DNA of 23,580 bases. It comes from Candidatus Eiseniibacteriota bacterium (lineage in GTDB: Bacteria > Eisenbacteria > RBG-16-71-46). The position numbers and the translations under genes were made by a program. Under the pieces are notes generated by a model. That model did not search any database, was not told the DNA's origin, and was given only the letters and a program-made list of their open reading frames with translations. The stretch lies in NCBI GenBank assembly GCA_031364845.1, contig JANLWX010000112.1:1-23580 (forward strand), read 5' to 3'. Shown piece after piece: positions 7,491-17,269 of the stretch (position 1 is its first letter; each line of letters starts with the position of its first letter).

Positions 7491-10400
7491 TCAGCGCAGT
7501 CCGCTGAGAACGAATGCGGCCCAGTGGAAGGGAGCGGCCGTTTCGGCCTGTGCGCGCACGGCGCGCTTCGCGTCCCGCAGCGCTCGACTCCATCCGGCGG
7601 ACGGAGTTCCAGTGCGCGCGAGTGCGCCGTCGTGGAACAGGGCGCTCATGAGCTGCGACGTCGAAACATCGTTGACCGGCCACAGGCTCGCGATCACGCG
7701 TGCAGCACCGGCGGCGTGGAATCCACGCGAAAGCGCGAATACCCCTTCGCCCGCGACTCGCGTTCCGCGCGCGGTCTCGCACGCCGAGAGGATCGCGAGA
7801 TCGCAATCGAGCGGAAGCTCGTAGATCTCGAACAGCTGCAGCAGGCCATCGGAGGCCGTGTCATCGCCGCCGGCGACGGAGGGGGCGAACGCCAGACCCG
7901 CAAGCACATTGTTGCGGCGCTCGCCGACGAACCCGTGGGTCGCCAGATGAACGATCGCACGACCCGGCAGTGCCGCGCGCACCGCGCTCTCGGTCGCCTC
8001 GGCTCCCGCGAGGATCCGCACCGGGTGGGGCGCCAATCCGGCGCGGATCGCCTCGGTTTCGTTGCGGGTCGCGGGCAACGGGGGCCACGATCCCGCCGCA
8101 AACGCCGGATCGCACACGCTGAGGGCCGTGACCTCGCGCGGTGGCCGGCCGGCATCGCGTGAAGCGAATCCGAGCAGGGACGTCGCGGAGGCCGCGTAGC
8201 GGACCGCGGGTCCTGAATCGAGCCAGTAGCGCGTTGCCTGCTTCGCCTGACGTGGCGCCACCACCAGTGCATCGAACGGCACGCGATGCAGCGCGCCGTC
8301 GGGAACGATGATCGCCGACGCCGCATTCAGTAATCGCGCGCGCACGGCGAGGGGCACCAACGTTCGCCACAGCGCGTTCAGCCTTCGCTCGAGCGTTCCC
8401 GGAGCGTCACCGTCGTCGATCTCCGCGACCGCACCCGCGGAACGTGCGCCACTCAGGATGTCGGCGATCCCGGCACGAACGCTGTCTCCCGAGATCGAAC
8501 GCTCGAGCGCCCGATCGGTGAGCGGGCCGGCTGGAATCCGCAACTCCTTCGCAGCGTCCGCATCGACGATCAAGGGTGCCGTCCGCGCGGCGCGACCCGA
8601 CTCGATCACGAACACCCACGACGCATCGTCGCCGAGGTGATACTCGAGCAGGATTTCGTCGCGCCCGAGCGACCGCGCGATCTCCGCGCGGGTCGCGGAA
8701 CGTCCATTGGCCGTGAGCACGCTGCGCCACAGCGGGCTGCGGTCCTTGATCGCCTCGGTCGCGCGCTGCAGCCGCCACGCCGCGCTGTCGCGCGCCGATT
8801 CGAGCGCCGCGATGTTCTCGAAGCGCTGAGCTTCAGTGATGTCGCCGCGCATGCGCTCGGTTTCGATGGCCCGCGTCGCGCGCGCAATCACCGAGCGCGC
8901 CACGCCTTCCTCACGTTCGAGCGGGGCGCGTTCGGCGGGGGCGAGGCCCGCGCGCAGATCGACACCGGACATCCCGAGCTGGTCGCGCATCACACGCGCG
9001 CGCCCGCGCTCGTGCGCTTCGAGCGCCGGTTCCACCTGGCCGGCGGCGAGTCGCAGGGCAACCATGCGGTGGTAGAGATCCTGGTGCCGGGCGATGAATG
9101 CCGCACGCGTCGCGTCGCCGCCGCCGCGCTGGGCGCGCAGGCTGTCGAGCTGGTCGAGCGCCACCGCGAGATCCGCGATCGCGGCCGGGGAGCGGCCCGC
9201 ACGCACCCGCAGCGATGAACGCAGGGCGTACGCTTCCAGTCGCGACTCGGGCTGGGCGCGTGTCGAATCGAGCACGGCGATCGCGGGGTCGAGTTCGGTC
9301 AGCGCGGCCGCATCTCCACGGTTTGTCATGAGGCTGAGCACGCGCGCGAGTTGCACGCGGCTGGCCGCGGCCTCCGGATGATGAGAACCGAAGCGCGCCG
9401 TGCGAATGTCGAGCGCGCGACGATACGTCGACTCCGCGGCTGCGAGCGCGCCGCGGCGCTCCAGCAGCTTTCCGAGATCATTGAGACTCTGCGCGACCAG
9501 CGGATGCCCGCGCCCGAGCGCGCTTTCCGCCTTGGCGAGCGCCTCGCGGAACAGTGTCTCGGCTTCGGCGTAGCGGCCGTCTTCCTCGAACGACACCGCC
9601 GCCTGATTCACGAACGGCGTGAGGTCAGGATTGTCGTCGCCGAGCGCGGGACGCGCCATCGCGAGAGCGGCCGCATAACGCGGCGCGGCCTCGTCGTTCC
9701 GGCCCTGGAGCCGGTAGATCTCGGCGAGATTGAGCTGGGCGGTGGCAATCGCGACGGGGCCCGCATCGGGCGATTGCTCGCGCAGATGAAGCGACTCTTC
9801 GAGCAGCGGCTCCGCGTCGGCGTAGCGCGCGAGATCTCGATAAAGACCGGCGAGGTTGTTGATCAGCGCCACGCGGAGCGGTGCATCCGCGGCCAGCCGC
9901 TCGCGCGCCAGAGCGATGCCCCGCCTGAAGCTCCGCTCGGCGCCCGGGAGGTCGTCATGGACGCGGCGAATCTCACCGAGGTTGTTGAGTCCGTCGGCGA
10001 TCTTTTCGGTCTGGTCGCCCGGCAGCGACTCATAGATCGAAAGGGACCCGGCCACTAGCGAATCGGCCTCATCGTACTGGCCGAGCGCAAACCGCAGCAT
10101 GCCGAGCTGGCGCATGCTGCTGGAGACGAGCGGATCACGCGATCCGAGGTGACGGCGTCGAATCGCGAGCGCGCGCTCGACGCGCCGCGCGGCCTGGTCC
10201 CAGTGCCCCTGATAGTCGCCCAGCGTCGCCAGTGCGCCGAGCGTCAACGCGATCTGTAGATCGTCGGGGCCGAGTGCCTGTTCCTTGAGTGTGAGCGACC
10301 GCGTGAAGAGTCCTTCGGCCGCGGCCCATCCGTCGGGCATGCCGAGCCCGAAGAATCCGATGGCCAGCGAGTCGATGAAGGACGCGATGGCGAGCGCGGG

Positions 10401-10664
10401 AAGGCGGCGCGACTCGCGAAGCGCGATGGCGGAGTCCGCGAACGCGAGCGCTGGAGCGACGCGGCCAGCATCGAGCGCTGCGCCAAATCGCGCGGCGAGC
10501 GAATCAGCTCGAGCGACGTCCGGCGGCGTCGCGGGGCGCACGGCGTCGCCGCGGCGCCCCGCGGCGTGCGCCGAAAGAACCGCGAGCAGTGCCGCACACG
10601 CGAGGAGCGCCATCACGAATCGGGTCCATCGGGTCATCCGAGCGGAGTTCAGCGCTTCAACCAT
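7491..10664 (-). CDS. TPR-repeat plus CHAT-domain (caspase/separase-like, clan CD) protease with predicted signal peptide, 1057 aa (alternative start 10637)
   Basis: N-terminus MTRWTRFVMALLACAALLAVLSAHA|A; about eight 42-aa TPR units (e.g. AETLFREALAKAESALGRGHPLVAQSLNDLGKL); ERGRAR linker; CHAT motifs IIVPDGALHRVPFDAL, LPATRNE, IVHLATHG (His codon 7935-7937), LAILSACETARG (Cys codon 7779-7781), GEGVFALSRGF, VIASLWPVND, PFHWAAFVLSG. Confidence 0.93.
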   Translation of the reverse strand: MVEALNSARMTRWTRFVMALLACAALLAVLSAHAAGRRGDAVRPATPPDVARADSLAARFGAALDAGRVAPALAFADSAIALRESRRLPALAIASFIDSLAIGFFGLGMPDGWAAAEGLFTRSLTLKEQALGPDDLQIALTLGALATLGDYQGHWDQAARRVERALAIRRRHLGSRDPLVSSSMRQLGMLRFALGQYDEADSLVAGSLSIYESLPGDQTEKIADGLNNLGEIRRVHDDLPGAERSFRRGIALARERLAADAPLRVALINNLAGLYRDLARYADAEPLLEESLHLREQSPDAGPVAIATAQLNLAEIYRLQGRNDEAAPRYAAALAMARPALGDDNPDLTPFVNQAAVSFEEDGRYAEAETLFREALAKAESALGRGHPLVAQSLNDLGKLLERRGALAAAESTYRRALDIRTARFGSHHPEAAASRVQLARVLSLMTNRGDAAALTELDPAIAVLDSTRAQPESRLEAYALRSSLRVRAGRSPAAIADLAVALDQLDSLRAQRGGGDATRAAFIARHQDLYHRMVALRLAAGQVEPALEAHERGRARVMRDQLGMSGVDLRAGLAPAERAPLEREEGVARSVIARATRAIETERMRGDITEAQRFENIAALESARDSAAWRLQRATEAIKDRSPLWRSVLTANGRSATRAEIARSLGRDEILLEYHLGDDASWVFVIESGRAARTAPLIVDADAAKELRIPAGPLTDRALERSISGDSVRAGIADILSGARSAGAVAEIDDGDAPGTLERRLNALWRTLVPLAVRARLLNAASAIIVPDGALHRVPFDALVVAPRQAKQATRYWLDSGPAVRYAASATSLLGFASRDAGRPPREVTALSVCDPAFAAGSWPPLPATRNETEAIRAGLAPHPVRILAGAEATESAVRAALPGRAIVHLATHGFVGERRNNVLAGLAFAPSVAGGDDTASDGLLQLFEIYELPLDCDLAILSACETARGTRVAGEGVFALSRGFHAAGAARVIASLWPVNDVSTSQLMSALFHDGALARTGTPSAGWSRALRDAKRAVRAQAETAAPFHWAAFVLSGLR

Positions 10665-10667
10665 GGG

Positions 10668-13600
10668 TCAACGCACGACGATAAATCGTTTCGACGCCCG
10701 TTGATCATCCTGCACGAGCCGGGCGAAATAGACGCCGGGTGTCAGGCGCCGGGCCTCGGCGACATGCGTGTGATGCGTGCCCGCAGAGAGACCTTCGAGC
10801 CGGTGAAGGATGCGCCGCCGGCCGCCGAGGTCGTAGATCTCGAGCGACGCGGGCGACTTGCTCGTGAGCGCGAACTCGACCAGCAGACCCTCGGCTTCGA
10901 GCTGGAGGCGGCTCATCTCGAGGCTCGTCGGACCCGCCACCGTGATCGAAGTCTCTCCGGCGAAGATCTCGCCGCCCGGTCCCATGATCCCAAGGCGATA
11001 CGAATAACTCGCACCGGCGACGACGTCGCGATCCTCGTACACGATCCGATGGGCGCCGTCGGCCATCGCGGTCGCGATGAATTGCCAGGCTTGGATACCT
11101 TCACGCCGGTAAATGCGCGCGGATTCGGTCTCTCCCATGTTCCAGCGCACCCGAACGCTTCCGCCATCGGACTCGATCGACGCGGCCTCGGCGAATGTCG
11201 CGACGGTGATCGGGCAGCCCGCCAGTTGTGCCTGCCATGTGACGAAATTCCGGTCGAGTGGATTCGTGATCTGAGGATCGTATCCAACCTCAAAAGCCTG
11301 GAATAGCTGGATTTCGTTGAGCACGATGCACATGGGTTGATCGCAACCGGCGCAGGCCTGGGCGCCGGTCGAGCGATCACGCGTCAGGACGACTTTGAAC
11401 GCATAGTATTCGTGAGCGGGATCGACCGGGGCGCGGTCGTCGAACGGCACTGCCGTCTGAATACGAAGTCGCGCGCGATTGGCTCTGCCGAAGCCGATGT
11501 CGTACGCATAGCCGCCGGAGGCACGGCCGGCGAAGAAGTCCGTACAGGACGTCGAGCCCGAAACGAAGTCGAACTCCACCGACAACCCGCTGGTTCCGCG
11601 GCATGCCGTGTTTCCGTGCTTCCACCAGTCGGGCAGGCCCGATGAATTGGAACTGATGTCCACCTGCGCCGACATGCCAGCGTACTCGTTGACACCCGCA
11701 GGAGGCCGGAACGATGCATAGAGCGCGAAAGGCGTGCCGGAATTGCTGTCGCACGCGAACGTCTTGATTTGTGCGCCCGCGGTCCCGCAATCGTCCCAGG
11801 ACAGGTTGATGCCGAAGGATGGAGTTTCGACGGTGAATGGATCACTGACTGCCGAGCCACCGGGGTTCGTAACGGTGATCGGACCACTGGTTGCGGATGA
11901 CGGAACCAGCGCCAAAAGCAAGACATGAGACTTGACGAGGAACGCGGCGGCGGTCCCGTTGAAACTTACATCGGTGACGCCTGTGAAATTCGCGCCGGTG
12001 ATCGTGATCGTCGCTCCCGAAAATCCGATCGATGGGTTGAACGATGTGATACGTGGCGCCACGATGAACGAGCCGCTGCTGGTCGCCGTCCCCTCTGACG
12101 CGGTGACGCGGATCGGGCCTGTCAGGGCCTGTGGCGGAACCGTCGCCACGATCTGAGTGTCCGATGTCGCGGCGAACGAGCCGCTGACGTCGCCGAACGT
12201 AACGCTCGAAGTATTCGCGAGCACGATGCCGCGAATGGTGACGAGTAAGCCGGGCGCGCCGGCCGCCGGCGAGAAACTCGTGATCTCAGGCACGGGAAGC
12301 AAGGGGCCCACCGTGAAGGGCTCGGAATCTGAACCGCCGGGATTGGTGACGACGACCGGACCGCTCGTGGCGCCCGCAGGGACCGTCGCGGTGATCGCGT
12401 CGTTGGACTGAATGCTGAACGACGCAGACGTGCCGTTGAAGGTCACACTCGCGGTTTCGAGGAAACTGACTCCCGAGATCGTGATCGTGTGGCCGACCGG
12501 AGCCGGATTCGGAGCGAGGGCTTGAATGCGCGGAGGCGGAGGGATCACGGTGAAGCCATCACTGGATGCCGAGCCGCGGAAGGTCAGGACGGTGATCGGG
12601 CCGCTTGTGGCGGACGACGGGACCTGCGCGAAGAGCAAGGTATCGGATCCATAGAGGAACGTAGCGTCGGTCCCATTGAAGCGTACGTCGGTAACGCCGG
12701 TGAAGTTGGCTCCGTGGATGGTGATCGTCGCTCCGGAAGATGCGGTCAAAGGATTGAACGACGTGATCACGGGGACACCGTGAACGGAATGCTGCTGGTC
12801 GCCGTCCCGTCTGGTGTCGTGACGCGAATCGGGCCCGTGAGGGCCAGCGGGGGGACGGTCGCAACGATCTCTGTTTCCGATATCGCACTGAACGAACTGC
12901 TGACGCCGCCAAACGTGACGCCCGAAGGATTCGCGATCGCCAGGCCGCGAATGAGGACGAGCATTCCAGGCGCTCCGTAGGTGGGTATGAAACGCGTGAT
13001 CTGCGGGGTGGAAGGCAAATGGCCACCGAGAACGGTTCCGAATCGGATCCGCCGGGATTGGTCACGACGACCGGACCGCTCGTGGCGCCCGCGGGAACCG
13101 TCGCAACCAGCGTGTTATTGGACTGAACGTCGAACGAAGCAGGGGTGCCGTTGAAGGTCACACTCGAGGTGTGGAGAAAATTGACTCCCGAGATCGTGAT
13201 CGGGTGGGAGACCGGAGCCGGATCCGGCGCGATGGCTTGAATCCGTGGAGCCACGATGAATGGCGTCGCGCTCGAAGTTGCAAAGTTCGCACTCGTGAGG
13301 TCGATGCGCCCGGTGACTGCATTGGGCGGTACGGAGGTGGAGATCGTCGAATCGGACGTCACGGTGAATGAGGCGCTCAACAGTCCGAAACTTAAGCTGG
13401 ATGTTTCCGTGAGTCTCTGGCCATAGACCGTCAGCGGTGTGCCGGGCACACCGGCCGCGGGGCTGAACGAGATGATCCGCGGAACATTGCAGACACCACC
13501 CTGCCACGAGACGAACCCACGATGGATGGGATTGGTGAGGATGGGATCGAAGTGCGCCTCGAGTGGCTGGTATATCTGAATCTCATCGAGGGCGATCGTG

Positions 13601-14175
13601 GCCGGTATCGAGCAACCGATGCAACTTCCGGAGCCGGTGGACTTCGAGTGAAGCAGATTCAACTTGAAGGCATACCACTCGGTCTCATCGTCGATCGGCC
13701 GGCGATTGTCGTACGGAATCGCACACTGAATCCTGAGCCGGGCCCGGTTCGGGGAGCCAAACCCGACATCGTAGGCGAATCCTCCGAACGCCTGGCCGAC
13801 ATAGAAGTCCGCGCAATTGGATGGACCCGCTGTAAAGTCGAACGAGGCCGTGAGCCCGTCGGTGCCGCGGCAAAAGCCGCTTCCGTGCTTCCACCAATCC
13901 GGGAGGGCTTCGAGCGTCGTAATCGTGAGTTGCGTCGACAGCCCGACAAATTCCTTCACCCCGGGCGGAGCGACGAACGAGCCGACCATGGTCGAGACCG
14001 CCGCGGTGTTCTCGTTGCACGCGAGCGCTCGGTTCTCGGCACCGTAGGTGCCGCAATCCGTCCAGGAAAGATTGATCCCCGACGCCATCGCCGAACCGCA
14101 CGCCACGAAGCTGAACAGGAGCGCCATGCCGGCGCTTCCACTTCGCATGGCGCGCGAGACGGCGATCGAAGTCAT
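10668..14175 (-). pseudogene. Surface protein B, split over three frames (track ORFs 12559-14202, 12767-13018, 10668-12770) by two 1-nt deletions. Reconstructed 1169 aa: SP, Cys module, 7 IPT/TIG, Cys module, Ig-like domain, CTD. Real pseudogene or sequencing error is unresolved.
   Basis: GAGGAG 5 nt before ATG 14175. Adding one base at 13023-13024 and one at 12771-12774 gives a continuous 3510-nt ORF colinear with paralog A (FSVGHLPSTPQIT and FTVSPVITSFNP versus FTIGPLPPAPQIT and FIVAPRITSFNP in A). Confidence 0.85.
11825..13251 (-). repeat. Internal tandem duplication of a three-IPT block in gene B (about 12537-13251 and 11825-12536)
   Basis: PRIQAIAPDPAPVSHPITISGVNF...ATVPAGATSGPVVVTNPGGSDSEPF versus PRIQALAPNPAPVGHTITISGVSF...ATVPAGATSGPVVVTNPGGSDSEPF; anchor GGCTTGAAT at 13234 and 12519 (offset 715, or 717 with the two missing bases). 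Confidence 0.85.
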
Positions 14176-14198
14176 GGCTGCTCCTCGGGCGATGAGGC

Positions 14199-17000
14199 TC
14201 ACCGCACGATGATGAATCGCTTGGATGCCCGCTGCTCGGCTTGCACCAGTCTCGCGAAATAGACGCCGGGCTCGAGCCGGCGCGCTTCGGTGACGTGCGC
14301 GCGATGGGTTCCCGCCGAAAGGCCTTCGAGGCGGTGGAGGATGCGGCGCCTGCCGCCGAGGTCGTAAATCTCGAGTGCCGCGGGAGCTTTGCTCGTGAGT
14401 GCGAACTCCACCAGCAGACCTTCCGCCTCGAGATTCACCCGGCTCATCTCGAGAGCCGTCGGGCCGGCAAGCGTGATCGAAGTCTCGCCCGCAAAGATCT
14501 CGCCGCCCGGTCCCATGATCCCGAGGCGATACGAGTAGCTCGCACCGGCGACGACATCACGATCTTCGTACACGATTCGATGCGATCCGTCGGCCATCGC
14601 GGTCGCGAGGTACTGCCAGGTGTGGACTCCTTCACGCCGGTAGATGCGCGCGGATTCGGTCTCGCCCATGTTCCAACGGACCCGAACGCTTCCGGCATCG
14701 GACTCGATCGACGCGGCCTCGGCGAAGGTCGCGACGGTGATGGGGCAGCCCGCCAGTTGCGCCTGCCACGTGACGAAATTCCGGTCGAGCGGATTCAGGA
14801 TCTGTGGGTCGTATCCAACTAGAAAAGGCTGGAACAGCCCGACTTCGTTGAGCACGACGCACATAGGCTCATCGCAACCGGCGCAACTCTGGGCGCCTGT
14901 CGTTCGATTTCGCGTGATTGCGATCTTGAACGCATAGTATTCGAGCGTCGGATTGATGGGGCCGCGACTATCCGCTGGAACGGCCGCCTGCATTCGAAGT
15001 CGCGCACGATGGGCGTTTCCAAAGCCAATGTCGTACGCAAAGCCTCCGAAGGCCTGGCCGACAAAGAAGTCCGTACATGAAGTGGGACCCGAAAGAAAGT
15101 CGAATTGGGCCGAGAGCCCACTGGTCCCGCGGCAGGCGGTGCTCCCGTGTTTCCACCAGTCGGGCAGCGTCGGCGAATTGGAATTGATATCCACCTGCGC
15201 TGACATGCCCAAGTATTCGTTGACGCCCCCAGGTGGCCGGAATGATCCATAGAGCACGAACGGCTGACCGGAGCTGCTGTCGCACGCGAACGTCTTCGTC
15301 TGGATGCCCGCAGTCCCGCAATCGTCCCATGAAAGGTTGATGCCTGGTCCCGGCGGCAACCCTACCGTGAACGGGACATAACTCACGGCCGAGCCTCCGG
15401 GATTCGTGACGGTCAAGGTGCCGCTGGTGGCAGAGGGCGGAACCAGAGCACTCACCACGGTGTTCGACTGTACGACGAATGTCGCTGACGTTCCGTTGAA
15501 GCGGACATCCGTGACGCCCGTGAAGTTCGTTCCGACGATGGTGATGATCGAGTTCACAGGCGAGGGCGACGGATTGAATGAGGTGATGCGGGGCGCCACG
15601 ATGAACGAGTTGCTGCTCGTTGCGGGTCCTGTGAGAGTCACGACCCGAATCGTGCCCGTGAGGGCATCCGCCGGAACCGTCGCCACGATCGCCGTGTCCG
15701 AGATGGCGTTGAAGGTTGCGTTGACTCCGCCGAACGTGACGCTCGACGGATTGGTGAGCGCGATGCCGCGAATCGTGACCAGTACGCCCGGTGCGCCCGC
15801 CGTCGGAGTGAAACTCGTGATTTGCGGGGCCGGCGGCAATGGGCCGATGGTGAACGGCTGCGACGCGTTGGAGCCGCCGGGATTGGTCACGGTAATCGGA
15901 CCGTTCGTCGCTCCTGCAGGAACGGTCGCTGCGATCGCTTCGTTCGATTGGACCGCGAACGATGCGGGCGCACCGTTGAAGGTCACACTCGAGGTGCGCA
16001 GGAAGTTGACTCCGACGATCGTGATGGTGTGGCCGATCGGAGCTTGATTCGGGGCGAGCACTTCGATCCGGGGCGCTACGATGAACAGACTGTCGCTTGC
16101 AACCGTGGCGATGGGATGAGCCACCGTGATCTGGGAGGTGACGGCGCCCGCGGGAACCGACGCGCTGATCGTGGTGTCGGAGGTCACCGTGAATGCGGCG
16201 CTCGCCGGGCCGAAATTCACGCTCGAAGTTCCGGTGAACTTCAAACCCTTCAGAGTGACCGGAGTGCCTGGAGCCCCGGCCGCGGGGTTGAAGGAAAGAA
16301 TTCGAGGGGCACTTTCCACCCCACCTTGCCACGTGATGAACGTGCGATTGAGCGGTTGGGTGATGATCGGATCGAAGTTGGCTTCCAGAGGCTGGAACAA
16401 TTGAATCTCATCCAGCGCGATCGTTGCGGGAACGGAACATCCCGCACAGCTCCCGGCGCCGGTCGACTTCGAGCGCAAGAGGCTCACCTTGAACGCATAC
16501 CATTCGGAGGTGTCGTCGATGGGACTGCGGCTGTCGTACGGAATTGCCGCCTGAATGCGGAGTCGTGCCTTGTCAGGTCCGCCGAACGCCACATCGTACG
16601 CGTAGCCGCCCGCCGCCTGCCCTGCATAAAAATCCGAGCAGTTGAAGGGGCCCGAAGTGAAATCAAAACTAACCGGGATCGCATTGCTGCCACGGCAGAA
16701 ACCGGTTCCGTGCTTCCACCAGTCGGGGACGTCCCCGAGGGTCGTGATCGTGAGCCTCGTCGAAACTCCCAGGAATTCATTGACGCCGGGTGGCGCGACG
16801 AACGAGCCGATCATGACCGCGGGGGCTCCGGTATTCAGGTTGCACGCGAAGTTCTTGTTCTCGACTCCGTACGTCCCGCAATCGTCCCACGAGAGATTTA
16901 TTCCGGCCGCGATCGCAGTGCCGCACATCGCGACGCTGAGCATCAGGGCGAAGGCTGTGCTTCGAACTCGCAAGGCGAGCGAGATGGCGGGGGTATTCAT
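14199..17000 (-). CDS. Surface protein A, 933 aa: SP, Cys module, 4 IPT/TIG, Cys module, Ig-like domain, FlgD/T9SS-A-like CTD
   Basis: GGAGAG RBS; signal peptide ending TAIA|A; four ~80-aa units PxIxSFxPxxGxxGxxVTIxGxNFxxxxxVxFxG...IxAxVPxxAxxGxIxV; ends LEIYDLGGRRRILHRL...LEPGVYFARL...KRFIIVR. Confidence 0.92.
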   Translation of the reverse strand: MNTPAISLALRVRSTAFALMLSVAMCGTAIAAGINLSWDDCGTYGVENKNFACNLNTGAPAVMIGSFVAPPGVNEFLGVSTRLTITTLGDVPDWWKHGTGFCRGSNAIPVSFDFTSGPFNCSDFYAGQAAGGYAYDVAFGGPDKARLRIQAAIPYDSRSPIDDTSEWYAFKVSLLRSKSTGAGSCAGCSVPATIALDEIQLFQPLEANFDPIITQPLNRTFITWQGGVESAPRILSFNPAAGAPGTPVTLKGLKFTGTSSVNFGPASAAFTVTSDTTISASVPAGAVTSQITVAHPIATVASDSLFIVAPRIEVLAPNQAPIGHTITIVGVNFLRTSSVTFNGAPASFAVQSNEAIAATVPAGATNGPITVTNPGGSNASQPFTIGPLPPAPQITSFTPTAGAPGVLVTIRGIALTNPSSVTFGGVNATFNAISDTAIVATVPADALTGTIRVVTLTGPATSSNSFIVAPRITSFNPSPSPVNSIITIVGTNFTGVTDVRFNGTSATFVVQSNTVVSALVPPSATSGTLTVTNPGGSAVSYVPFTVGLPPGPGINLSWDDCGTAGIQTKTFACDSSSGQPFVLYGSFRPPGGVNEYLGMSAQVDINSNSPTLPDWWKHGSTACRGTSGLSAQFDFLSGPTSCTDFFVGQAFGGFAYDIGFGNAHRARLRMQAAVPADSRGPINPTLEYYAFKIAITRNRTTGAQSCAGCDEPMCVVLNEVGLFQPFLVGYDPQILNPLDRNFVTWQAQLAGCPITVATFAEAASIESDAGSVRVRWNMGETESARIYRREGVHTWQYLATAMADGSHRIVYEDRDVVAGASYSYRLGIMGPGGEIFAGETSITLAGPTALEMSRVNLEAEGLLVEFALTSKAPAALEIYDLGGRRRILHRLEGLSAGTHRAHVTEARRLEPGVYFARLVQAEQRASKRFIIVR

Positions 17001-17240
17001 GGGTTCTCTCCGCGGTAGAGGTCGCGGGCCGGCAACTGCCGGCGCCTACGAGAAAAGGGTAGCCCTCAGGAACTCGATGTCCAGGGGTTTCGCCGCAACC
17101 GACGCGATAGCTTACACATTCCCACTAAACAAACGACCGCTAAACCACATCATTGGCCGGTTCGTGGGCGCTGGACCGTTGTCCCTGCCGACGCTTTCGC
17201 ACCTTTCACACTCTCCGCGGTCCGATACGACCCAAATTCA

Positions 17241-17269
17241 TTGTTCGCAGGATGCTCCGCCGCTAGCAT
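17241..17269 (+). promoter_or_regulatory. Putative sigma70-type promoter for gene C
   Basis: TTGTTC (17241-17246), 17-nt spacer, TAGCAT (17264-17269), about 118 nt upstream of ATG 17388. Confidence 0.55.

Noticed and set aside
7491..10664. TPR-CHAT as part of a type III-E CRISPR (Craspase) or CHAT/ECF-sigma module
   Set aside because: No cas genes, CRISPR array, sigma or anti-sigma gene in the window, and the protein looks exported.
12559..13020. Arg/Ser-rich C-terminal tail of track ORF 12559-14202
   Set aside because: Out-of-frame read-through after the first frameshift; the IPT-coding frames overlap it.
10668..14801. A/B duplicated 3' ends as a diversity-generating retroelement TR/VR pair
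   Set aside because: No reverse transcriptase in the window; differences are mostly synonymous and not adenine-specific; both copies are coding.
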